In this document: positions 23,771 to 35,762 of the stretch, piece after piece
Position numbering within the stretch: position 1 is the stretch's first letter
How the letters are laid out: each line of letters starts with the position of its first letter
Assembly (NCBI RefSeq): GCF_018350175.1
Contig: NC_058368.1
Span: 177,446,001 to 177,510,000, forward strand
DNA length: 64,000 nt
DNA from: Felis catus
Lineage: Eukaryota
Reading direction: 5' to 3'
Translations under genes and position numbers: made by a program
Notes under the pieces: model-generated
The model's database searches: none
Seen by the model: the letters and a program-made list of their open reading frames with translations, nothing else
What the model was told of the DNA's origin: nothing

Positions 23771-24734
23771 CCTGGGGCATGAGGTCTCCCCTCTCGCTTG
23801 GGGTGGGGAGTATAGTGCTGTGGCAATAGCTTCATGGGAAACCAAATCCCTGAACCGATCTTGGCAGTGGCACTTAAAAAAGAGAAGACTGAGAAGAATT
23901 GCTTTTCAAATATTTGGTTTCCAAACATATTTATTTGCAACTCCAAGTCTACTGACCATATGCATTACATCTGTTCTGCATTGAGATTCCAACAAGGTTT
24001 ATGATTTATTAGCTTTAGAAAATACATCTCTAGGTAACTCCACACAACGATGCCAGTGAAAGAAGCATCGGTCTCATAAAGACACATTTCCCTCCCTCCC
24101 AAGGGTCAGGGTATGCAGGACCCCTCACCATGAGCAAATCCCATTACCCGCTTAAAAAGAAGAAGAAATAAAGCTCTATTTGGAGTTGCAATTCTTTCAC
24201 GCGAGTTACGCATCCTGGCTGATTTGACATGGCCTGAAGGTTTCACAGCTCAGCAGAGGTGGTGTGGTTCTCCTGAGACCATTCAGGCTCCAGTGAGCTT
24301 GCCAGGCCCTCTTGGGTGGCCCCTTGTCCGCAGTTTCCTGTGAGGCACATGGCCTTTCCCCTTCAGCCCCTGAACTTCCTCTAGGATGTCCTCTGCCCTT
24401 TGCCCATGGCTGTGCACAGCCCCTCTTGTGTCGGGCCCTTACAGCTCTGCCCCAACATGAAGGGGAGGAGGGTAGGAAGTGCCTGTCACCGTTCTAGGCC
24501 GACGGCTACCTGCCCAACTCACATAAGCACCTAGACCGTCCTCATTCCGAATTTTCTCATCCGTAAAATGGGAATGAAAGTAATGTCGTCTCTCTAGTTG
24601 CCGCCATGACTTGATGAATTGACTCAGGTCAGTCATACAGCTCACTGGGGCTGCCCCGTAAGCGGTGGGGGTGCTATGGACTGCACTGTGGGGGCTGATC
24701 GATCTAATCTTCACAAGAAGTCAGTAGACTGGAC

Positions 24735-24922
24735 TCTTATGCATTGGGGAGGGGGGGGCATCAGAATCATCCCCAGGACCTTGTCAGAGCACACATTGCC
24801 TCGTCCCACGCACAGAGTCTGGTTCCAGCAATCTGAGATGAGGGGTGGGAATTTGCTTTTCTCAACCAGCACCCCAGGTAGTCTGGACTTGAGGTTTGTT
24901 GACTATTCTTGAGAAACATCCT
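24735..24922. mobile_element. MER5A/B-like hAT MITE
   Basis: GCATCAGAATCA...GGAATTTGCTTTTCT...CCCCAGGT...TTGAGAAAC. Confidence 0.65.
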
Positions 24923-25242
24923 GTATAAAGACAGTATCTTGCCTCGGTTTCACAGATGAGGAAACTGAGAGGTATAACGACGTGTCTCAGGCCACAAAAC
25001 AAGTAAGTAGCAGAGCTAGGATTTGAACAAGGCCTGTCTGACTCCAAAGCCTCGCCATACGTCACATTTGGGGCCGTTTCTGCCAGACAAAAGGCCCTGC
25101 TTGCCAAGAGTCCCCCTGCTGCCTCCCGTGCGGCCCGCCTCCCTTTTACCACGTCATCATCATCTCTCTCCACGGCAATCTCTGCCCAAAGAGAACATGG
25201 CGTCTGGAGAATACGCTGACCACTGTCACTCACCACATGACC

Positions 25243-25672
25243 TTGGGCAGCTGCTTAGACTTCCCCCATTTGCCAGCCCCCCCTTCTCTGTCCTTCCAGG
25301 TGCCCTGCAAGTCTGCCTCAGGGACTGCTTCAGTGGGGTCCCTTGGCCCCTGGCAGATCGCTGGGTTCGGTGGAAGAAGGGCGACAGCAGGAGACTAGAG
25401 GGCAGGAGGGCAGAGTATCTTCTCCCAGCTCCCCTCCACCAAGAGGGCCGCAGCTTTAGTCGGGTGGCCCTCTCTTCCAGCTACATACAAGTCTCTTGGG
25501 TTACAGACACCACCCTTCTGCTGCCCCTCCAGTCTTGGGGTCTCAACAGCTGTCCACCGCTGAGGACATCAGAACCCCCTCTCGGCTCCCCTTGTAAAGA
25601 GCTCCTTTGAGGAAACCTCCCTCAGTTGCCCCCTTTGAGCGGCCATCTGTTTGCCGGGCCCTGACTGACACA
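25243..25672 (+). mobile_element. LTR33-like ERVL solo LTR
   Basis: Ends TTTGAGCGGCCATCTGTTTGCCGGGCCCTGACTGACACA, like the LTR33 3' terminus. Left boundary approximate. Confidence 0.65.
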
Positions 25673-25718
25673 CTCACCTTCCTCGTCCATAGTCTGAGTA
25701 GAATCCTGAGAACCCCCT

Positions 25719-25942
25719 CAGAAGCTGGCAAAGTATGGCCCATGGACCACGTCTGCCCCCACCCCGTCTGTGTTTGTAAATAAAGGTTTATTGGAACACA
25801 GCCATGTCCATTTATCTACGTATTGTCTATGGCTGCTTTCGCTTTGCAGTGGCAGGGTTGAGTAGTTGTGACAGAGACTGGATGGCCCTCAAGCCTAAAT
25901 TTTTTACCGTCTGACCCTTTCCAGAATGTTTGCCAAATCCTG
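25719..25942 (+). mobile_element. MER58A hAT-Charlie MITE, full length
   Basis: Imperfect TIRs CAGAAGCTGGCAAA / TTTGCCAAATCCTG; diagnostic TTTGTAAATAAAGGTTTATTGGAACACAGCCA core; 224 bp. Confidence 0.92.
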
Positions 25943-26379
25943 AGCGCCATCATAAGGTGCGGTAGTTGTGAGCCCTCAGCACAGTGCCTGGCACATGGTA
26001 AACTGTCAATAAGGGCTGGCTCATCACGCTGGGGTTTAGTGGCAGCGACTCGGAGTTCCTGAGCCAGAAAACTCGGGAGCTGGAAGGGGGCGGGGGCAGA
26101 TACCATCTGCTTTATAGGATGATGGGTCACAAAATCCTTTTAAAAAGCAAGCTCTCCTGGTAGCTTGCCACTTCCTGGGCAGGAATCTGCTTTTCCTGTT
26201 CTTCCTCTCAGCACCTAGCTTGGGGCTCCCAGCGGAGTCAGCATCTATAAATGTTTGCTGTTGGATGAATGAATTCAATTAACCACCCATCAATTGGGGT
26301 GGAACTTTGCAGAGACCCAGTGTTTATGCAAATCACAGTCCTCTGGGGATGCTGCAGCTGTCACCAAGTCTTAGCGGCT

Positions 26380-26990
26380 TTTCCGCCACATTGATTTCCC
26401 AAATCCACTGTCTCTAGTCTGTCCTCGCAGCCACCACCACCACCAGTTTCCTCTGTGGCCTTCCCACATTCAGGGTCACCCCCTTCAAACTGCCTCCATG
26501 CAGCCTCGAAATCATCTTTCGAACACATAAATCTGATCATGCCCTTCCTCCTCGGAAAACCCGTCCGTGGTTCCCCACTGCCTATAGGATTATCTCCAGA
26601 TTCCTCCGCACAGCATCCCAGGCCCTTCCCATCGGCCCCTGAGTAGCCATCGCTCATCATCTCTCACTTCTCCCTCACGTCTCCCCCACATTATGCTCCA
26701 ACACCCCACAATCTTTCCAGGCCCCCAGACTGACCTGGATCTTCCCCACCTCCTCCTGGAGTGCCCGTCACACCTCTGCCCCATGCCAACTCCTACTCGT
26801 TATTCGGTGCTTATCTTGGGCTCGCCTCCTCCGGGGACCCAAATTGCTCTTCCAAAGCTGGGTTGGGCGTTTCTTCAGACCCTCTCCATTACCTTGTGCT
26901 ACTCTCTTTGGAAACTCATAATTGTCAGTATACCTGTTGCCCTCCCTAGACTGTCAACTCCAAGTGAGCAGGTCATATGTGGTGGCCACA
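26380..26990 (+). mobile_element. L2 fragment
   Basis: AAATCTGATCATG...GTGGTTCCCCACTGCC...CTAGACTGTCAACTCC, typical L2 3' region. Confidence 0.7.
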
Positions 26991-27487
26991 TCCTGCCTGT
27001 AGGACACAACAGATTGTCAGCCCATGGGAGGCGCTTCCTCCGTCACCTGGGCCCCTTCTTCCTTTTTGGCCTATTGTATTCTGAGTGCATGTACCCAAGT
27101 CCTCAGTCCTTGAGAGGCTACAGCATTCATTCATTTGAGGTGGGCAGAGGCACATGATTCTACCCACTTTACGCCTAACAATGGCTGGACTGGAAGCCAT
27201 TTTGTTTAGACATGACATCGAAACATATTCTTCCAAAGACAAGCGGCCACTCACTGGAATCTCAGACAATCTGGGTGTCTTCTCTGCCAGTCTAGCCCCC
27301 GCATGTTGATGGGGCTGGTGGGGGTTGGCTCTGGAAATCTAGCTTTGTTCTGAGGACGAGATGACAGCCACCCGTCAGAGATTTTTGCTTTCCTTTCTCC
27401 GTGAAAGACTGACCATGTCAACCACTGCAGAAATACAAACAGACATAACTTGGGTGCCTGGAAAGTAATATCACCATATGGTGAGGG

Positions 27488-27979
27488 TCAGATGACTTCA
27501 AGGGCCAGGGAAAAATGGTAAAGGAGGGAAGTAGGCTATGATGCCACATAGCAGGAGGGGTCTGAGGCTGGGGGCTGGGGTGGTGCCCACTTCCAGCATT
27601 TGGTACTGGGGTCTTTCACAAGAAACCAGGAATATGGATTTTTAAAAGAAATCTTCTATTTTTTTAAAAAATTTATGTATCTTGAGAGAAAGAGAAAGAG
27701 AACAAGTGGAGGACGGGCAGAGAGAGGAGGGGGACAGAGGATCCAAAGCGGGGCCTGTGCTGACAGCAGAGAGCCTGATGCGGGGCTCGAACTCACGAAC
27801 TGTGAGATCATAATCTGAGCCGAAGTCAGACGCTTAACTGACGAAACCACCCAGGTGCCCCAGCTCCTAGGTTTTTTAATATGGGCAATTAATTCAAAAA
27901 CTTCAAAGCCCGAAGGAGATCAGACTAATGCCCTCTTCTGGTTGAATTCGGTCTGCTCAACCTGGGTTTATAACTGGTC
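27488..27979 (+). mobile_element. MER102-like element split by a SINE
   Basis: TCAGATGACTTCAAGGGCCAGG start, AAGAAACCAGGAATATGGATTTTTA core, resumes after the SINE with GGCAATTAATTCAAAA. Confidence 0.55.
27668..27861 (-). mobile_element. Can-SINE inside MER102-like element
   Basis: GTGCTGACAGCAGAGAGCCTGATGCGGGGCTCGAACTCACGAAC body, ends CCACCCAGGTGCCCC. Confidence 0.93.
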
Positions 27980-29094
27980 TTCTCCAGACCAGACACTTTA
28001 CACTTGGTTTCTCCTTTAATCCTCTGACCATCCATGAGACTTGCTGAGACCTGCTTTTTTTTTTTTTTTTTTTTTGGTTGGACCCATTTCACGGATGAAG
28101 AAACTGAGGCTGAAAACCATGTGCCCAGAGCCACTGGTGAAGAGTGGATCCTGATTCAAACCCAGCCCTCTGATTCCCCAGCCCCAGCCACACCAGCTTC
28201 CCTGGGCCCTTCCTGTCGGTGGAGACTGCGGCAGACTCTGCCCTGAGGTCTCAGGCATGGAGCGTGGACTGGCCCTCCAGAAAGCTCGGCTCCGCTCCCC
28301 GCCTGCATTCAGGCCGGAGGACCCCTTTGTGCGAGCTCAGCATCTGGTTGTCAAACACGGGCTGGCTCAGATCCACCATCTGGCTCCACTTGAGAAAAGG
28401 GCACTTTAAACATTACAGGCAGTGGGGCAGGCAGGCCCCGAGAGAAGCTTCAAGGCCTGCAAACGGGGGACGTCAGGCCGACGTCCACCCTGGCAGGTTC
28501 AAGATGAAAGGGAATGGGTGGGTCCCTCTCCATCTCACCTCCCTTCGTCTGTCTGTCCGTCCTTGTGCTCAGCAGTCTGTGTCCCCAGACGCCCCTTCCT
28601 CCTCTTCCTGTTTCCCCTCTGCCTGCTCATCCATTTCGCCCTCCCCCTCCCTCGTACATGGCCCCTGCCCTGCCTGGCCCTTCTCCCTGTCTTCCCAGCT
28701 TACATCTCCTGGTCTTTTCTCCCTTCCTCCAGTTCTCCTTGCCTCCCCTCTCTCATCTCAGAGCAATATGCACACACCTTTTTACTCCTGACTTCCTTCC
28801 AACGATGCTCGCACAAAGAACAAATAAAGAGATGTCCCTAACAAGCACCAACCACTCTGTTCCATTAGACCTTTTGTCCTAGGAGAGGGATATGCAAATT
28901 TCTAAAATTGACTCCCTCTCTGACAGATCCCTGACTTGGCAGCCCACGGCAAGCGAAGTAGTTTTCCAAACACAGCCAAGCTGGTGTTAGGAGGCTAATG
29001 AACCCAGCTACAAGAAGTCTCCATCTGCAAGTCACTAAAATGTTCTGTTGTTTACTCCCCACCATCACTTTATTTCTCCACAGCCCTCTCCTCC

Positions 29095-29195
29095 TACACA
29101 CACTCTCACACACGTACGCTCACACACATTTGAGCATGCAGACACACACACACACACACACACGCACGCACGCACGCTCACGCATGCGCACACAT
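29095..29195. repeat. (CA)n/(CACG)n compound microsatellite
   Basis: Pure CA run at about 29143-29163 followed by GCAC repeats. Confidence 0.9.
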
Positions 29196-30114
29196 TTCCT
29201 TATTGCCGTTTCTTTGGAGAAAAGGCTGTACCTTAGCCCTCAGGCCAGGTTATCTGACCACATCCCCAAGAGAAGGCTTTGCTGAGCGCCTTCTGCATTC
29301 CAGGTGACGTTTCTACCTGGGCTCTGAACCTGCCAGGAAGGTAGTCATCCAGTTATGCAGATAAGGAGCCTGCAGGTCACAGAGGTGAAGTGACTGCCTA
29401 AGTTCACAGAGTCAGTCTAGCCCTGAACCCCCAAGTAGTGATGTGCTCCTCATGGAAGTCTGGGGAAATCTGCAGGAAATTTCCCACCCGTAGAAATAAG
29501 CTTCCAAAGACCCCCTTCGACAAATGCCTGGAGCACCGCACCCTAAAGTATCTCCCCACCTCTCACAAGCAATGGCAAGAAGGAGAATTTTATCCAAGCC
29601 TTATTGTCCACACACCCATTGTCTCTTCTCATCCTTACACAGCCCTTTGACTGTGGAGGGGGTACTTACTGTGCCCATTTAGCGGACAGGTAAACTGAGA
29701 CTTAGGAAGGTGAAGTGATTTTTCCAAGGTCTTCAGTTGGTTGGCAGAAGGGCAGAGGCTAGATTCCATGTGTTCTGTGCCTTGTTGCAGATGTGCGTAT
29801 TATGATTACAGTGAAGACACCATAAGCAGAGGCGTTTTTCTGGAGTGATACATCAGATAATTTAAAAAACCTAGCCTTGTCAGCTGCCTGCATCATCCAC
29901 TTGATCTTTGGCCCTGCCTCCCACATCCATCAAATGGAGAAGATAATTGTCACAAGGTTTAATACCCAGTGATGTGGGGTCATAGTATGCCATGTCTGAG
30001 GATTTTTAGGGAGAGCAATGACAATAGATCCAAAAAATGCTTTGTAGCACCTATAAGACAAGAGATCAGTTTTTAGACCCAGTTCCTGCCTTTAGAACTT
30101 ATACTCCAGAAGGG

Positions 30115-30257
30115 AGAGGGCAAAGCATGGAATGCACATTCTGACTACCCACTCCCGGTCTGTGGCAGACATTACAAATCGACTACCGCACTTCAAGCAA
30201 GCATCTCCAACTTGACTTACATTGAAATGAAAGGTACAATCTATTTGCCATCCCGGC
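30115..30257 (-). mobile_element. MER117-like element, shortened
   Basis: TGGCAGACATTACAAATCGA and terminal CTATTTGCCATCCC. Confidence 0.55.
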
Positions 30258-31979
30258 TACAGAAGGAGAAACAAACTTTCCAGTCTGAGACACCACATTA
30301 AGTACCTTCTTGACCCCGCAGGTGAAACCTCGACCTCTGCTTATATAGCACCAACTGCCAGCTTAGTCCTTGTCCCACGTTATCTTATCTAATCCTCCCG
30401 AGAACCCTGCAGTCGGAGATGATCATTTGCATTTCCCAGGCAAGTTTCGAGGATGGCTGGGCTCCGTACCCCAGTTCACCCGGTTTGTTATTGATGGAGC
30501 CCCTGTGTGAAACGGGGGCTGTCTGTCTTCCAAGGGCACACTCTTGCCACTGATTCACAGTACCTCACCCAAACAGGGAGCTAGCAGGAAAGGCAGGCTC
30601 AGAGACATCACTGGGGCCGTCCACAGGGCTCCGGGAAAACTAAAACACAGCCACCCCTTTTCCCGCCAAGATTTCTCATTCCTGCTGGAAACAGAGGGCC
30701 TGCCGGGACCATCTCCCAGGAGAGGCGGCACACAGTATTTTGATATTGAACATGTGCCCACGGGCCCAGTGATGGAGAAGCCTTCTCCGCATCTCAGAAA
30801 TAAAACTCACAGAGTCGTTTCCCATCTTGGCCCGAGCTGTAGGCACAGCCCCAGGAGGCCCTGGCTCTGCTAATTCTCTCATCAGCCTAATAGGAGAACA
30901 ATCATCAGAGTCAGGATACAAATTTAGCTCCAGACGCTTTTTTGGGAACTCAGAGGGCTTGTGACTTATGGCTTCATTTTAAAGAGGAGCAGATTGTTGA
31001 CACGAACTCTGGGTAATTCTCATTTTTCTCGAGGAACCAAGTTAAGGGGGAACCATGGGGTCGTGGCTGAGGTCCATAAGTGGCTAGAAAAATCCAGCAG
31101 ACTGGTCGTAGGCTAACCTATCTATAATTAACTTACAAGTTTGTTTATTTAACTATCTCAATTACAGACTCATTTAAATAGAATTAAAAACAAAAGATGA
31201 GCCCCAGGAACAGATGAAACAGCAGGACGCTCTTTTGTCCAAGCTTAGCAGGACACTCCCGGAATGCATGACCAGCCACCAACAGGGAGAACGGCCAGGA
31301 GCAAGACTTTCAGGGCATCAAATTGAAACAGGAAATGCTAACACGGCAAAACGGACCACTTATGGGCGTGTTCGGTAGTAAGTCAGCCAATCAGGGTTTG
31401 CATTCCGCGTTCGCCGTGCACTATTTGTGACCTTGTACAGGTCACCTAACCCCTGAAACTTCTAGCTTCTTCAGGGGAGCAGCGGGAAGAGGTCAGCTGA
31501 AATTGATGACCGTAACAGCTCCGTGGCAGGCATTGTTCTAAGCACCTTACTCGTAACTACTCACTTCTTGTTAGGCTTGTGCGTTGAGGTAAGTACTGTT
31601 ATCACCTTCCATCTTAGAGAAGAAACTGACAGAGCAACGCACAATGTAACAGAGCGGCCGTGTGGAGGCTGGGATTTGAAAGCAGGGCCCTGGCTCCCCT
31701 TGCGTGCAACCTTCCCCGGCCTTGGGAAGAACTTGCACAATGGGGAAGTCCTCAAGGATGATTAGGTTGTATCCAGTTTTGTTTCTTTGTCTCACAAGGG
31801 TGACTTTCTGATGGCTTCGGCACATTTTTCTATCTGATAGAAATAGCCTTTTGATTTTTCTCCTCCTGTCCCCCCTCCAAATATCAGTCAATACTGGAGA
31901 GAAAATAACTCTGTCTGGTTTATGGTGACAAGGTCAGGGCTCCTTTGGAGAACACTCGTCAGTGCTGTCTCCATCCTGG

Positions 31980-32440
31980 GCTGAGAAATCACGGCATTTA
32001 TTTTAAGCCGAAACATTCTTATATTTAAAGCTTGTCATCAGGCTGAAGTTTGTTTATTGCATTCCATAATTATGATGAATATATTTTAAATAGAAAAAGA
32101 TTTGAAATGTGGGACAGCTGCAAAAAATATGGTGTCAATCATTGAGAATCAACCCACATCTGGAGTTAGAACTTGGGTGGGAATGGCTTGTTTTGCATTT
32201 TTATGACCAGATGCATCCAGATTAGATGTACCTTATAAACTTCACCCAGACAACTGTCAGGGCCAATCAGCCCTAATTGAATGCGACATTTTCTCCACCA
32301 ATCCACCCTGAGCCCAGGCCAAGAATCCCCCCTGTAACACGGGCCCTGTGCGAGCTCTGTTAGCCGTGCACACAGGATCTGTCAAACACAGGCCAAATTA
32401 AATACTGGACTTCGTTCCACAATGACTTCTAATTACAGCA
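31980..32440. promoter_or_regulatory. Candidate developmental enhancer / conserved non-coding element
   Basis: No repeat recognised; TGTCAATCA (PBX-MEIS), TTTTATGAC (HOX/CDX), CATAATTATG, TGTTTATT, GTGGGAA and several E-boxes. Motif-based only. Confidence 0.4.
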
Positions 32441-32767
32441 GAGTGAAGACTGGAGGGCTTCGAAGGCCCCCCTTGGCCCTGTCACTTGGAGACACAATCA
32501 GAGGAAAAAGGGAAGCCAGGGTCCGCCGATGTTAGATCTACACTGTGATGTGTCCCGGGCATTGAGCGTTTGCTCTGTGCCAGGGTCGAGCCAGGTACTT
32601 CACATACATCCTCCCTTTTGGTCCCCCCATGGGGATAATGAAATGGGTATGACTCCCCATTTGACAGGTCAGAACACTGAGGTTCAGGGAGATGGATGAA
32701 GGGTCTGACCCAAGTTTGTGGGTCAGGAGAGATTGAATATTGTCATCACTGGCTTGGTTGACTAACG

Positions 32768-32945
32768 ATGGCTCTCAAACCCCTCTGAGGACATTTGGAC
32801 GCATGGGAGGGCATTTTTGATTGTTGCAGTGACTAACATTAGTGCCAGGGGCCCAAGAGAACTAAACCTCCTGCCTTGGCGGGATAGAACGGCGGATTAG
32901 AGAACTGTCCCCTGAGTGTGCCAACAGCACCCCCCAATGTACTGA
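32768..32945. mobile_element. MER20/MER20B-like hAT MITE
   Basis: TGGCTCTCAAAC...GGACATTTGG...CATTTTTGATTGTTGCAGTGACT...GAGAACTGTCC. Confidence 0.55.
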
Positions 32946-33399
32946 CTCTTGATCTGACCCCATCCGGGTTGGCACCCACAATTAGGAAGTAGTTGATTTT
33001 GTATGCAAATCAATAGACTTTGAGAATATTTTCTTATTCTAGACCTCTGACATGTATACCCATGTCGATACACAACCATGCATGAGTGCCACCGACCTCG
33101 ATGGAGAAGAGGAGAGAGCATAGGAGGGGGGAAGGGGGGAGGATTCTATCTGTTCTCAGGAAATATACAATAAATATTAGGCTTCATAATTATTATCAAG
33201 CTTATCATTATTACTTCTAAGGTTTGCAGATCGAGGCAGGATTCTGATACTGATGTGTCTGAAAGATAAAATCATCCCAATCCGGATTTCTACTCCCTAA
33301 GCTACAACCAAGGCAGCCTCACAAAAGAGTAATCAGTCGTAATAAGAATAATAATCGTCTCTGGTGTCCCAGCTTCTATGACACGAACTGGGCACACCT

Positions 33400-33545
33400 C
33401 GTCTCGACTCTCTACAGCAATCCTCTGATATAAGGGCTGATACTCTGACGAGGAAATTGAGGCCCAGAGAGGTCAGTGACAGCCTGAAGTCACACAGCGA
33501 GCAGGAAGCAGAGGCAAAGTTTGAGTCTGCTTCCATTAACTGGAC
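33400..33545 (-). mobile_element. MIR
   Basis: GAGGAAATTGAGGCCCAGAGAGGTCAGTGAC...GTCACACAGC. Confidence 0.75.
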
Positions 33546-34013
33546 TCACTTTCTGAACCCCAAAGTCCAAGAAAATCATAGCTGGTTTGGGTGACAAAAT
33601 GCAAACCAAAGGTGTTGGTTTTTCCTAAAAGTGCCTCGTGAACTGGTTTGAACCAGCATCCAAAACGAACGTTTACTTAACTATTAAACCAGAGAGGGAC
33701 TGAAACATCAAAATCTTGGCAAGAACAAGTGTAAATGGAAGTCCCTCTCCACCAGCACGCCTGGTTTTAACAAGTACCATCATTTGTATCTAGTTCTGGG
33801 TAACAAAGAGATTTTCACAAGTCAGAGGCCCAGGATTAAAGGAGGTTGCTGATCTGGTTACAACAAATTCTATTAAGGAAAAAATTCTGTCTGACAGAGG
33901 TTTTCATCGTCCTTCTCCCTACTGGAGACATTCTCCTGAAAGAGAACGCTGGTTTGGGATTTGTCTTTTGTGAAACAGAAATGAAAACAGCAGTTTACGC
34001 GAAGTTTTCCCCA

Positions 34014-34431
34014 CAGAGGTTGCAAACTCAGATGCTGTAAGAGAGAGGAAGGGACGATGCGGGACAGTGTGTAATGGGACGGGGTGAGGATTGTGGTAAA
34101 CTGAGGGGCCCGTGCCGGGCTGGCGGCCAGTCAGCTCCAGCCACTTCTTTCGTGGTGACATCACATGGGCAGGTTTTTTGACTTCTCAAGAGAATATAGG
34201 ACTTTTAAAAAGTAATCTCTACACCCAATGTGGGGCTCAAACTCACAACCCTGAGATTAAGAGTCACCTACTCTGCACACTGAGCCAGCCAGGGGCCCTG
34301 AGAATGTGGGATTTTTATGTAAAGTCTCCTGATAGTTGAATGTTGGTAACAAATTCAAAACCTCCAAAAACTGTGTGGGACAAACCAAAAATGTCTGTGC
34401 CCTGAAATGGCCTGTGAGCTGTATGACGTCT
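34014..34431 (+). mobile_element. MER102-like hAT-Charlie element split by a short SINE
   Basis: Starts CAGAGGTTGCAAACTCA; CAGCTCCAGCC; resumes GGATTTTTATGT...AATGTTGGTAACAAATTCAAAA. Confidence 0.8.
34208..34299 (-). mobile_element. Short tRNA-Lys-derived SINE (SINEC_old-type)
   Basis: Reverse complement CCTGGCTGGCTCAG...GACTCTTAATCTCAGGGTTGTGAGTTTGAGCCCCACATTGGGTGTAGAGATTACTT; 18-bp TSD with 3 mismatches (34190-34207 / 34300-34317). Confidence 0.85.
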
Positions 34432-34679
34432 GGTACTCCACACGTCCTTGACTCTTAGGATGGCCCGGGAGGCGGGCATCGCGATGATCCTCATGTAACA
34501 GTGCAAGAAATGGGTTCAGAGAGGGCAACCATTGTGCTCAAAGCCACAAAGTGGGCCTTCCCACGCAATGCCGAGGCCTAGAGCGGAGAACAGACACCTG
34601 GCTTCAAAGTATCGAAAGCCTTTGACAAATGTAGCAAAACTCTGTGCTGCTATTTGTTCACAAGCCAGTTCCCTCTCTG

Positions 34680-34878
34680 GCTTCTCTGTGTGTCTGAAAT
34701 CTCCCTCCGCCTTTCTCCTGTCGGGATACCTGCCATCAGATTTAAGGCCCATTCAGATCCTCCAGGCTGAACTCATCTTTAGATCTTTAATTATATCTGC
34801 AAAGATCCTTTTCCCAATTGAGGTCACACTGGTTCCCAGGGCTAGGCCATTTTCGGGGGCCACGATTCACCCACGACA
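34680..34878 (-). mobile_element. MLT1C-like LTR fragment
   Basis: ATCTGCAAAGATCCTTTTCCCAATTGAGGTCACA and ATTCACCCACGACA end. Confidence 0.7.
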
Positions 34879-35534
34879 TACCCCTCCTCCATTTAGCTGC
34901 TTCTTAAACTTGGATCGAGAGCAGGAACCCCAGTCCCCCGTCAAAGTGAAGGCAGCCTCATATCAAGTAGCCCCCCAGGAGGGTAGAGTCCCCAGGAGAG
35001 AGGAACCCTGGCTGGGCCTCTTTTTCACCACTGGTGTCTTAAATGAGTGATGGGTGAAATGATGGTGTCTTCAGTGCATGTCACTAGAAAAACATCCTCC
35101 TGGGCTCCCAGGGATGAAAAACCATGATGTTTTGGGAATATAGGATCGGGGGTCTCCTGCTAGGTGCACAGTCTGTCTAAACGCTTAGCAGAGAGAAGTA
35201 CTTGACAAAGCAAAGTCACTTGCTCACATCTCTTGGTATCAAATGTCACCAGCCCAGAGAACAGGAAGGAATGGAACAGCTTACAAGTTTTAGCTTTAAG
35301 ACTTGCACACGTGTGGTATTGCTCTGATAAGAAAGTTCTCCTCTCGGATCCTTCCTGTGAAAACATCAGAATAGCCACTGTTTTTATAGACGGGGAATGA
35401 TGGCTCTTCCTTTCCTCCTTCCTGCTGCTCCGTGCCCTCCTGCTAATTCAAGGAGCCAAATAGGCAGTTATGAAACAGTGCAGCGCAAACACCCAGCCCT
35501 CCAAAAAGTTTATCTTTAAAATAACAGGAGATTT

Positions 35535-35745
35535 GGGGGCCCCTGGGTGGCTCAGTGGGTCAAACATCCGACTTCGGCTCAGGTCAGGATCTCGTGGTGC
35601 ATGGGTTCAAGCCCCACGTTGGGCTCTGTGGTGACAGCTCGGAGCTTGGAGCCTGCTTCGGATTCTGTGTCTCACCTTCTCTGCCCCTCCCCTGCTTGCA
35701 CTCTGTCCCTCTCTTTCTCAAAAATAAACATTAAATATTTTTTTA
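35535..35745 (+). mobile_element. Can-SINE (SINEC_Fc-type)
   Basis: Perfect 17-bp TSD AAAATAACAGGAGATTT at 35518-35534 and 35746-35762. Confidence 0.95.
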
Positions 35746-35762
35746 AAAATAACAGGAGATTT

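Noticed and set aside
25023..25610. 195-aa ORF
   Set aside because: Starts in a MIR fragment and runs over the LTR33-like LTR.
34208..34299. tRNA-Lys(CTT)-like sequence
   Set aside because: Has the SINE tail (GTAGAGATTACTT), a TSD and disrupted stems and B-box; it is a SINE, not a tRNA gene.
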